From the NCBI GenBank assembly GCA_000091205.1, contig AP006483.2: a stretch of 64,000 nucleotides of DNA; one strand, given 5' to 3'. Shown here in pieces: positions 46,761 through 56,943 of this stretch. This stretch comes from Cyanidioschyzon merolae (Eukaryota). The translations under genes and the position numbers were made by a program. A model generated the notes under the pieces. The model searched no databases. It was not told the DNA's origin and worked only from the letters and a program-made list of their open reading frames with translations. Numbering within the stretch: position 1 is the first letter of the stretch; each line of letters begins with the position of its first letter.

Positions 46761-47867
46761 GTGCTTCGCAGCTCGATACCGTCACCACTGCCAGCGTCCG
46801 CTTCCTTTGGTAATGCAGCGTTCGCCTGTAGCGCGCCGGCAGCACGCGCTGCATCTTCGAAAGGGCCCGAAGCAGTCGCAGATCGCCGTGATCACTGGCG
46901 CGTCCTCTGGGGTCGGTCTGTATGCAGCTCGCGCTCTGATCAGCAAGGGCAACTGGCACATCGTCATGGCATGTCGTGACATTGATCGGGCGGAACGCGC
47001 AGCAAACAGCGTGAACCTTCCAAAGGACGCCTATACAGTGCTGCATTGTGATCTGGATGATTTCGCCTCTGTACTAAAGTTTGTGAGAGAGCTGTCAAGT
47101 GTGGCGCGCATCGATCACCTAGATACCCTGATCTGCAATGCCGCTATCTGGCATCCGCGGGACAAGAAACCGCGTTTCACGGTGGACGGCATCGAGAAGA
47201 CCATACAGGTTTGCCATCTGAGCCATTTGCTTCTATGTCGGGAGCTGTTGCCGAAGCTGAAAATATCGCGCGGGCGCATTGTGTTTCTGACGACTCAGAC
47301 ACACTCGCCGAATTCGCTGCCGGGAAAGATCCCCCCGCAGGCTCGTCTCGGTGATTTGTCTGGTCTAGCCGCGGGGCTTGGTCCGCAGACGACGGGCATG
47401 GTGGACAGTGGCCCGTTTGAGCCCACAAAAGCTTACAAAGACGCCAAAGCCGCGAACGTGTTGACAATGAAGGCGCTCAGTGATCGATACGGCCGCGACG
47501 GGGTGACCTCTGTGGCGATTTTTCCGGGATGTGTCGCCGACAGCAACCTCTTCCGCGAAAAGCGTGGCTGGTTCCGCTGCGTATTCTTTCCGATTCTTCA
47601 AAATACATCACTCGGCAATACGTTCCGAATGATGAGGCCGGACGCCGCGTAGCCGAAGTGGCGCCCCAGGGACAGTTCCCGGACTCGGACTGGTATTATC
47701 AGTGGCGTGGCAAATATACGGAAGGTCGACAGAAGACGAAACCGCAGGTTATTGAACCAACATACGAAATCCACAAGGCAGATCAGTTTTTCGAACTGAG
47801 TCTTGATCTGATCGACCAGGCGTTGCGGCGGCGAGGCCTCAAGTCGACTATCTTGGCCCCTGTCTAA
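46761..47867 (+). CDS. POR: Light-dependent NADPH:protochlorophyllide oxidoreductase (LPOR), with two apparent +/-1 frameshifts
   Basis: Frame 46813-47652 gives VITGASSGVGLYAARAL...WHIVMACRD...YTVLHCDL...NAAIW...GDLSGLAAGL...AYKDAKAANVLTM...FPGCVADSNLFRE, matching LPOR throughout. The C-terminal continuation (KYITRQYVPNDEAGRRVAEV...WYYQWRG) is in another frame (47529-47867), shifted at a caaaa run near 47600. A Ser/Ala-rich transit-peptide-like N-terminus (MLRSSIPSPLPASASFGNAAFACSAPAARAASSKGP) is in a third frame (46761-), shifted at ggg/ccc near 46865. Confidence 0.8.
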
Positions 47868-50655
47868 GGTTTGTTAGTGATGAAAATGAGATGCGGGCTT
47901 CGGAGCGCAGACCGCTGCTTCAAGAACAGATGTGGGAGCAACAGCGTAACGATGAGACGGCACCCCACAGTCACGATCGGATCGTGATCGGGTGAAAGGG
48001 CACTCATCCTGACGTGGTGAACCAAAATCGCTCCGCGAGTCATGAAGCGTACTGCAATAGTGATTAATATAGCTATAGCTATGACCTACTTCGGATCGAA
48101 TGCGCCAGAGTATGCTAAAATCGGTCGTCCGTGAGTGTAGAGCATATGTGCGGCCACTGCATATAGCGTATCCGCTCTGGAGTGTACGCGAAAGCGTTCA
48201 GAATTAGGGACATTTATTGTTGAATCTCATCGTGGGACCTGGTACTGAATATGAAATGCATCCGATTCTTTTGCTCCGGCCGTGAGACAGATGCATGGAA
48301 TCAGGATTTCCCTGGTCCCTAGGAGCTGCCTGGGTACAGGGGATGCTACGAGTGCCCTCTTCCGAATTTGAATGGATTCTACGAGTTGCAGAGCGGTCTC
48401 TCATGTTATATTAGTGGGTCGTACCTTCCGGGCAGTGCGCTAGGACATGTCATTAGTCTGCGACAGCCGAGCGACAGCCATCGAGTGGCGAGCTAGAAGA
48501 AGCTAGACTACTACGGCACGGTGCTGACCAACACAGCCTTCCCCGTGTGTACTGGGAAAGCGGTGCCGAAGAGGAGCAACGTAGGTCGTGTTTGAACACC
48601 GCCACTACGGCGAGGAAACGGGATTTACCATCTCCACAGATTTTACCCTTTCGAGGCAGATTCTGCCAAGAAGGCGAATCGTCAAATTGAAGGATGATTT
48701 CAGCTTTCAACTTCTACTCTGGGGGATTAATTGCGAATATCTAGTTGCGAGCATGTATTTAGCTTCTGTTTCCTTTTTTCTTTGGATACAGTAGGGCAAG
48801 CAGCTGAACCACGCAAGCAGCCCGCATGTTAGATTGCGAAAAATATTGCAGAAGCTGGATCGTAGCATGAAGAAGCTCTAAACTCCAGAACGCGCCTTCA
48901 CATGCGAGGAAATCCAAATAAACCCCGATGAATCCGTAGCAGCGAGCCATCGAACACAGAACAATGCGAGAGGCCCAAGGAATGGATCATGGCTCCGCTC
49001 ACTGACAGAGCCGGTGATCGTGCCTCCCGCGAATCATTGGACAAAAGAGAACAAGGAATCCAGGGCAATATGTCTGGGGAGAGCGTTCAAGAAGAAAGGA
49101 TATGTACTGGGCAATGTGCTGTATGAAAAGCACATTGCGAAACAGGTGCTGGCATCATTGCCTGAGCACGGTTGAAGTTCGAGATAGAATTTGTCCGTAG
49201 ACTTGGTCGCCAAGTCTCGCTGTTTGCTCGATAACTATGCGGAGATTTTCGTGGATCCTGCTGGGAAGACTGTCGGATCGCCAAAGGTATATATGGTACT
49301 TATAAAGTGCCCGCTACTCAACTAAACAGTTACGGAACGACGCCTCTGGGAATACAATTGTTTATGATGCTAGGCACCGTCTTGAAAAAGCAGCTACACA
49401 TTCAGCGACTCTGATCAAGCAGGCAAACATGATCTGATTTCAGTTTTCGAGCCCCAGACGTTGGATCATTGTCTTGGCTGCTGCCAAAAGACCAATTCAG
49501 ACTAGAGCATTTTCAAAGTTCAACAAGTTCCCACTCCGAAATGCGAGCATGGATATTCATTGGTGTCATGACGCCCTTGGCGGGTTACGGATCGAGGCCG
49601 ACATTCATGTAGACAGTGTCATCTGCAGCAGCAGAGCTCTCTTTCCGGGGAGGGGATGTAAAAATACACTCCACGGAGGATTTTTCGGTAAATTGGATGA
49701 AACGTGAGGAAGTCTCCGATTGTGAAAGTATTCTACGCGGATCATTGGTCTGCGCCAGCCCTGCAAATGCATGGTGATGCAAGGCTTGCCAGCGGCAGTT
49801 GAAATACATGCTCAAAGCTTACGCCGAATAAGGTTAGATGAAGAAGTGACTTACGAGTTCCCACTTCGTGGGTTGATAGCTGAAGCATGGGTACGGACAT
49901 GTGCGGGTGTTTTCGAGCAACGAGGGAGGGTCCCGAATCAGAGACCACATTCCTCGCGAGCAATATTGTTTAGTATTCCTCGCAATAGAAACATTGGAGC
50001 TCACTAGTTAATGTTTCTTATCTAAGACAAATACCAATGGTACAGACCTACATAAACCTCCCAACTACTCAGCTTGGCTGTCACCACGAGAACAGGACTG
50101 CAACACAATAAATCTAACACGGAATATTTCCACTACAATCGTCTCCCTAAAATATAAAATAGAAAATACGCCTTAGAGATTCATCTGCCTTTCAGGTGGA
50201 AGACGAACCTCAGCAACCGATAGTTCGTTATTCGCTATCCTTCTTACCCCAAGCCATAGTCTGTTGAGCCCTGCTGACTCGCACCTGGAAGGAGCAGTAC
50301 TCGGGAGTTACTCATTCCAATGAAATCCCACTAGCCTATATATAGCTTTCAGTACCTCTCTCAACTTGGATATTTCGGACTATGAACCCCGAAATCCCTA
50401 CGTCCGTTACGCTCCAGTCTCGACATCAACGTGAATTCTTCATCGCATCATGATGACTCCAATTCAAATTCCTCTGCAGTGCGCGCGCGCGTTTCGCGTT
50501 TTTGGCGCTATCACGTTGTGCGTTGTTGTTTTGGCTTTCACAAAACACGGCGGTTACGTTCGTGTTGACCATAACGAAAAAACAATAGTGAAGAAATATT
50601 CACGCAAGAAAGAACAAATATCCGTATTTATTGGACTGAGAGAGCATCGAACGAG

Positions 50656-53391
50656 ATGTTTCGTGCTCGCTCTCTGGTACGTGCCCTGGGAGTAGCTGTT
50701 TGTCTATTGTTGGCGGCGACGTTTTCCGTTTCGCTTGTGGCTGCGTTGTCGCCTGTGAGTACGGTTAGCTGGACCTGGATAGGTGGAGAGACGGGTGTCA
50801 ATAATCCTGGTAATTATGGAACGCTGAACCAGACTTCAGCAGATAGTGTTCCAGGAGGCCGTTCCGATTCAGCAGCCTGGGTCGGAAGTTCGAGCTTGGT
50901 ATACTTGTTTGGCGGGCTTGGGTATGGAAACCCATATCTGAGCTACTTTAATGATCTATGGACCTTCAACTTGACCTCATATGAATGGACGTGGATAGGA
51001 GGTTCCTCAGAAACCGACCAACCAGGAGTGTACGGCACAGTCGGCACAGGCAGCCCAAATAGTATACCCGGCAGCCGTTACGGAAGTGCGTATTGGCAGA
51101 CGGACGAGCACCATTTTTGGTTGTTTGGAGGACTCGGCTTCGATGTGAACGGTAATCAGGGCGAACTGAACGACATGTGGCGGTACGATACTGAAACGGG
51201 AATCTGGACGTGGTTCAGTGGGAATGATACTTTTAACGCCAATCCAGTCTATGGACCGAAGGATATCTACAGTCAAATTTACAACCCCGGAGGCCGAGGT
51301 AGCGCGGCATTCTGGCTAGGCGCGGACGGTTTGTTTTGGATTTTTGGTGGTGCGCGTATTGCGTATGATCTTCTGTCAGATCTCTGGTCATTCAACCCTG
51401 TTACATTCGAATGGGCATACAGAGGCGGATCACAACTTGTTAACCAGCCTGGTAACTATAGCGCACCTGGCGTGGCGAGCAACTCAAATGCCCCAGGTGC
51501 GCGCGGCTTCTCGCATACGTGGACAGATTTTGAAGGAAATCTCTGGTTGTTCGGCGGCTATGGCTACGGAAACAGCACAGCACTAGGGCAAGGCGAATTG
51601 AATGATCTCTGGGTCTACAACATAAGCCAATCCGTATGGATTTTTATCACAGGGAATACCACTATTAACAATCCAGGATCATATGGAAATCTCGGTGCTT
51701 TCTCCCCAACCAGTTACCCAGGTGCAAGATTCTCAGGCGTAAGTTTTGTGGATCCTTTGGGTAATCTACAGCTGTTTGGCGGTGCGGGACTCGCCAATAC
51801 AAGCGAATCCTTTGGCAATTTGAACGATCTTTGGGTATTTGATATCACACTTGGTCAGTGGGCGTGGATCAATGGAAGCCAAAGTGTGGATGCTCTTTCA
51901 GTATATGGAGTTTTGAACGAATCCGACCCGAGTGTTGTACCTGGTGGTCGCTTTGGACCAGCTTTCTGGAACACCAGTGGGACTGATCCGCTCATATTTG
52001 GTGGAAGTGGATTCTCGAACACGAGCAGAGGTGGCTTTCTCAATGATGCCTTCGCTTTGAGAGAAACGTTCTTTACGCCTACCTCTACGCCTACGCCAAC
52101 ATCAACGCCAACTCTGACACCTACAATTACGGCAAATGCTACTGCGACCCCGACACCCACGCTGACACCTACACCAGTCTGCACCATTGAGATCTGCGGC
52201 TCTCCAGGACAGTACACCAACCAGGACGCTTGCGAGCAAGTCGGATGCTGCTTCAACTCCCAGACAAACGCGTGCACCCTGAAGAGCGTCTCAGTGGCGT
52301 GCAGCGCTGTTCCAGTGACGCAGCGCGTCCCCTGCGGCTGGAGCTACATCTACCCCGACGAGTGCACTGCGATACCGGGATGCTGCTGGCAGCCCACAGC
52401 GAACGGCATCCTCGCGCCCTGGTGCTACTACGACATCAACCATGCACCGCAGGCTTCTGTAGCGCTGCAGGAGGTGCAGGCACCAGTACCCGTCTGCCCG
52501 TCACCGGGAGCGCAGCGCCAGCCGTGCGGCAACGCGGGTATCAACCAGTTTACATGCTATGCCCAGGGCTGCTGCTACGACTCGCAGGCGCAGAACCAGT
52601 GGGTGCAGAACGGCAAGCAGCAGAGCGACTTTGAGTCGAACCCGTACTGCTTCCAGCCCGAGAAGACGTGCGCGGTGGGCGAGTTTGAGCGCCAGCCGTG
52701 CACGAATGCGGTGAATCAGAACCAGCAGCTGAACAATAACATCAACAATAACCAGTTTGTGCGTCTGCTGAACACGCTGCTGTACGGAGAGCAGCATCGG
52801 ACGCAGCGCACGAGCTACTCGCCGCAGCAGTGTCTGGAGGCTGGTTGCTGCCTGGGGCTCGGCAACGAGTGCTTCCAGCCGATGACCGAGTACGTGTGCC
52901 AGACCTACGGGTACGTCTCGAACTCGCTGAGCGGCACGACCGGCAACGTGTCGAACTCGAGCTATATTGCTTGCGGCCCCGAGTGCTGCAACGCCGAGAC
53001 GCAGAACTGTACGTACAACCCCTTCAGCAACAACAACAACCAGCAGCAGCAGCAGCAATTGCAACAACAGCAACAACAACAGGTGCTGCTGCCGTCATTC
53101 TGTGTGTGCAAGGACCCAACGAAGCAGTGCGGGACGTACCTGATCCCTTCGGATAACCTTGTGAACAAGGTGCGTTGCTGCCGCGCTGACGAGGAGTGCA
53201 TCAACAACCAGTGTGTGGTGATTAGTCCAACACCGACTCCGAGTCCCGTGGCTGTGACAGCGACACCCTCTGCGACGGTGTCTGCAACAGTCTCTGCGAC
53301 AGCTTCTGCGACGGTGTCTGCGAGTGCATCAACGAGTGCATCAGCGAGTGCTTCAGTTTCAGCTTCTGTGTCGACGTCTGCGAGCGCCTAG
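50656..53391 (+). CDS. Secreted modular protein: signal peptide, about 6-blade kelch-type beta-propeller, Thr/Pro linker, 4 trefoil-like Cys-rich modules, poly-Q/N, and Ser/Ala/Val/Thr repeat tail
   Basis: 911 aa. Signal peptide: MFRARSLVRALGVAVCLLLAATFS. Repeated kelch blades follow (...WTWIGG..., GGR..AAW...LFGGLG, LNDLW.Y/F...). The linker is TPTSTPTPTSTPTLTPT.... The Cys modules CG....C...GCC(F/W/Y)...W(C) read e.g. ICGSPGQYTNQDACEQVGCCFNS and VPCGWSYIYPDECTAIPGCCWQP...WCYY. Poly-Q derives from (CAG/CAA)n at 53035-53090. The terminal ATVSATVSATASATVSASAS... comes from 12-bp repeats. Confidence 0.6.
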   Translation: MFRARSLVRALGVAVCLLLAATFSVSLVAALSPVSTVSWTWIGGETGVNNPGNYGTLNQTSADSVPGGRSDSAAWVGSSSLVYLFGGLGYGNPYLSYFNDLWTFNLTSYEWTWIGGSSETDQPGVYGTVGTGSPNSIPGSRYGSAYWQTDEHHFWLFGGLGFDVNGNQGELNDMWRYDTETGIWTWFSGNDTFNANPVYGPKDIYSQIYNPGGRGSAAFWLGADGLFWIFGGARIAYDLLSDLWSFNPVTFEWAYRGGSQLVNQPGNYSAPGVASNSNAPGARGFSHTWTDFEGNLWLFGGYGYGNSTALGQGELNDLWVYNISQSVWIFITGNTTINNPGSYGNLGAFSPTSYPGARFSGVSFVDPLGNLQLFGGAGLANTSESFGNLNDLWVFDITLGQWAWINGSQSVDALSVYGVLNESDPSVVPGGRFGPAFWNTSGTDPLIFGGSGFSNTSRGGFLNDAFALRETFFTPTSTPTPTSTPTLTPTITANATATPTPTLTPTPVCTIEICGSPGQYTNQDACEQVGCCFNSQTNACTLKSVSVACSAVPVTQRVPCGWSYIYPDECTAIPGCCWQPTANGILAPWCYYDINHAPQASVALQEVQAPVPVCPSPGAQRQPCGNAGINQFTCYAQGCCYDSQAQNQWVQNGKQQSDFESNPYCFQPEKTCAVGEFERQPCTNAVNQNQQLNNNINNNQFVRLLNTLLYGEQHRTQRTSYSPQQCLEAGCCLGLGNECFQPMTEYVCQTYGYVSNSLSGTTGNVSNSSYIACGPECCNAETQNCTYNPFSNNNNQQQQQQLQQQQQQQVLLPSFCVCKDPTKQCGTYLIPSDNLVNKVRCCRADEECINNQCVVISPTPTPSPVAVTATPSATVSATVSATASATVSASASTSASASASVSASVSTSASA

Positions 53392-54614
53392 GAAGCAGCG
53401 ACATCTTGAGCTCCACGGACTGCGTTGGCGGACGTGTCAACTGTTAATTTGCTCACAGTCTAGATCACGTCTATGCTGATACTCTGTTGCGACAATATTC
53501 CACTCATGTTCACAAGACCCGAGAGTACGAATGAACGAATGCGTTAATGCGGATAAATGTGCGCGGAGTGTCATCTGAGGTCCTCTTCGGGGACTGACAT
53601 TCAGAGATCAGATGAACAGAAAGAATGGACCAGAATTTGCTTTTGGAACGTAAAGGAATGATTACCTCTGCCTATGAGCTTGCCCCCGATGATAGCCTTG
53701 GTGGTAATGGCGGTATATTGGTACCCTTTCTTCTCTTTGTAGTCAGAATACGGTTTCCGAGTTGCATGTAGCGAGTGTGTCTGCAGTAGGGCGTCTGGAA
53801 CTGTTTTTTTAGTTTCGTTGTACTTGAGCACATTCTAGTCCTGAGGAGCGGTTCTGGAGCAAGTTTGACTCGATCCGTACAACCGCAAATTTCACCAAAA
53901 TCCGATTCCTCTTGAGGAAAAGCTAATATTCGTGACGCCTGCATACGGGCTCCGGCTCCGCTTGGCACGAATGGAAGCAGGGCCGCCAGCCTCACAGCGC
54001 ACTTATAGCTTGTTCTGTCGGTCGAGGCATCGTCTCGATATATTCACCACTGTTGCCTACCGTTGCTCGTAGGCTACGTCAATAAAACCGTCTGAAGTGT
54101 TGTGCTGATTTCCGGATTATGTTTATGTCTTGTACACTAGAAAAAAAACGAGAACGAAGTGGTGGTAAGCCGTGAAGACGTAGATGCGCAGTTACCGTTA
54201 CTCGGTCCAGAGGCACACCATGCCAGGCAGTCACATCCTGGGACGAGCTGTACGCTATGTAAGCATTAGCACAGCACCTTGAGCACAGCTGGAGGCATTC
54301 TAGAAGCGGCCAGTATCGATTCTAAACAATTGATCTTGTTCTATATCATTGCAAACAAATTGGTAAACGGATCCGTTGCTAATAAATGGACACAGGGCCC
54401 TCGGAAGATAGATAAACGACAAGGCAGCTGATGATGTATCGAATACAGAAGAACTCGAGTTGCCCATTTTCCACATTTTCTGTCACATCAGTCCTGTTAC
54501 AGCCATGGCAGCGATATCTTCACGAAAAGCATCAACTATTACCACATATACTCTAGGTACTCTTCGCAAATACGGTCTGAATAAGCGACGTAACGCGCCC
54601 GCACCGAACGCTTC

Positions 54615-56943
54615 TCAAACGACGAACGTCGCCGCCGGCCGTGTACGGTAGTGGAGGGAAAACCGCGCCTTGGACAAATCGTCTCCAACTGATGTGCAGA
54701 CGCCCCCCGCCTTTCTCGACGAGCCACCCACTACTGCTTCCAACTTCTTCTCATATAGTTCGACTTTGAGAGGTTGTCCAATAAAATCCTCTTGTGTCCA
54801 CTCTGGAGGTCGTTTCTCCAGCACCGCACATCTCCGTATATTGATAGCGGCATGAAAATCTCGGTTCACGAACTCCATACATTTCGTGCCGTTGGGAGCT
54901 GTACTCACCAATACGAGTAACCCTTGAACTTTCGCCTTCCTTTCCATTTGCTCCTCCGCCAGCGGTCCGTACTTTTGCAATTTCCTCAGCGCTCTTCTGG
55001 CACTTTTCCATCTCCACCCTCTGAAGCGTGCAGCCCAGTTCTTGGTATGTATAGGACGTCCGGAACTCATATACAGGTATCGTAACGAGACGCCGGGCGC
55101 ACTCCTTGTACAGCTTCGTCGCTGGAGCTGGCGTAGTTCCTTTTCTGTTCTTCCAGCGCCCTGCTCCATACGCTTCTACGAGCCTCTGACGGTCATCCCC
55201 CTCAAAGGCGCTCAACTGATTGAAAAAATTCGCAAACGCCCGCTGCTTCACACCGTATAGATTCATTCGCAGACGAGCCCACCGGGGCTTTCTATACTCC
55301 TCCCACAGCGCATCCCAATGGGCAACACGAAATTCCATGAATTTCCGAAAAGCTTCATGGACCGCTCCGCGGCTCGTCGCCTCGCTCAAAGCTTCCAGGT
55401 GATGCTTTATTCCTGCATTCCACGTAACGATTATCATCCTTGCATTCACTACAACGGATTCTCGATAGTATCTCGCTCTCGAGAATCTCAGCAGACGCAT
55501 GTCTTTCTGGCGTAAATTACCGTCCATGCCATCTTCCGCACGCTTCGGTGCTGCGATGGTGATGATATTCGTGTTCCCAGGATCCGCGCCAACCACAATG
55601 TCTTTATCCTGCACTTCCTGTGTGGCAGGATCCGCCTCTTTCTTTCCTTGATGCTTCGTCGCGTCAACCATAAAGTCGTTATCCTGCACATTCTGTTCGG
55701 CAGGATCCGCCTCCTTCTGACCTTCATCCTTCACCGCGCCAACGACACGGTCGTTATCCTGCACTTTCTGCATCACAGGTTCCGCCTCTTTCTCTTTTTC
55801 ATCCTTCACCGCGTCAGCGACAAAGTCGTCATCCTGCACCTCCTGTGTCGCAGGATCCGCTTCTTTGATTTTTTAATGCTTCGCAGAGGGCGAAGCGAAA
55901 GGCACAATCGGACGGTCCACTTTCAAGCGCCGATAGTGTACATACAAGGTTACTCCATCGGTCTCGATCAACGCAGTGAATACCTTTTGGCTTCTCACTT
56001 TGAGCCGTTTGAAATTGTAGATGTTCTTCAAGTACGTCGCCCGGTTTTCACCGGTGAAGTCATCCCTGCTAACAGTGAACACTGGACTGATCTCCTTCAT
56101 GATGCCGTAAAACACGTCCGAATCGATATTCACGAAATGTGACTTGATGCTGCACATTGGAACCACGTTGAAGCGCTTACCCATTAGGACAGCCTTCCGT
56201 CTCTCCCAATCTTCTTTTTTTTCTTCACTCAGCTTCATCTCCGCATTTCGCTCGAGTTCTCGGTCCAGAAACACGAAATAGCGCAGAATAAGACGATAGT
56301 ATCTTTCCTTATCTTTTTTCAACTCTGATGTCTTGTATGTTGGATTCGCCGGCCCCAAGATTGCACGGTGCTCTTGTATAACCGAATGGATTACAGAAGT
56401 ATCATTCGTGCTGTCGTTAAACGCCTTCGTGTCGACGAATTCGACATCACCTTCATGCTTGCGATCGTTCTTGATGCCATTGATAATCACCTATACTCCT
56501 TTGCGAGAGACGCCCGGGTAAAGTGCAAACACGGCGCGTATCATGAAACGTTCTAGGTTCATTGTCAAATGGTTCGTCAGGTTCGTGAGGTTCTTCATCT
56601 CCCCATAGTCGTAAATACTCCGGTCCCCCTTGTATCGAGTACCCTCGAAGCCGTAAAAGGGATGTTTTTCGTGGAGGGCATGAACCCGCTCGTTTTCCTC
56701 CCGCGCTTCCACTGTTGCAAGCATCAGGTATCGAATAAAGGTCTCGTCGAATAACTCGTCCAGAATCTCGACCGTTTCCATGTACGTCACGTCGCGATAC
56801 ATATCCCTCGCAAAATGCATCAGCCCTGACCATGCCTTGATAATACTCTTGGAGTACGAGTCGACACGTTTTTCGATAGCGTCTCGCAAATTTTCCCTGT
56901 AAGGATGCTTGATATGATTAAGAAGACAGGCTTTCACCATCAT
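54615..56943 (-). pseudogene. TnpB/Fanzor-like RuvC nuclease, about 770 codons: one in-frame TAG (56491-56493) and at least two frameshifts (fragments 56491-56943, 55873-56490, 54751-55839, 54615-55169)
   Basis: RuvC-I motif VVGADPGNTNIITIAAP (Asp codon 55582-55584). RuvC-II-like VYEFRTSYTYQELGC...EKC. RuvC-III-like CMEFVNRDFHAAINI (Asp codon 54858-54860). The long N-terminal region is homologous to copy A. The protein end GQPLKVELYEK is conserved in all copies. Confidence 0.65.
55579..55875. repeat. 75-bp tandem repeat (about 3.5 units) inside Fanzor-like copy B, encoding 25-aa acidic repeats (QDNDxVVGAVKDEGQKEADPAEQNV)
   Basis: The units atcctgcac(t/a)t(c/t)ctg...caggatccgcctc(t/c)tt... 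begin at 55606, 55681, 55756 and 55831. Copy A has a single unit at the homologous position. Confidence 0.85.

Noticed and set aside
55579-55875. CRISPR-like array (regular direct repeats)
   Set aside because: The repeats are contiguous 75-bp in-frame coding units without spacers, inside a eukaryotic ORF. They are not CRISPR.
56453-56833. Alternative-frame ORF inside Fanzor copy B (and 7717-8229 in copy A) sharing EPRTFHDT(H/R)RVC
   Set aside because: The amino-acid similarity between copies in this alternate frame simply mirrors the underlying DNA conservation. It probably marks a frameshifted continuation of the main ORF rather than an overlapping gene.
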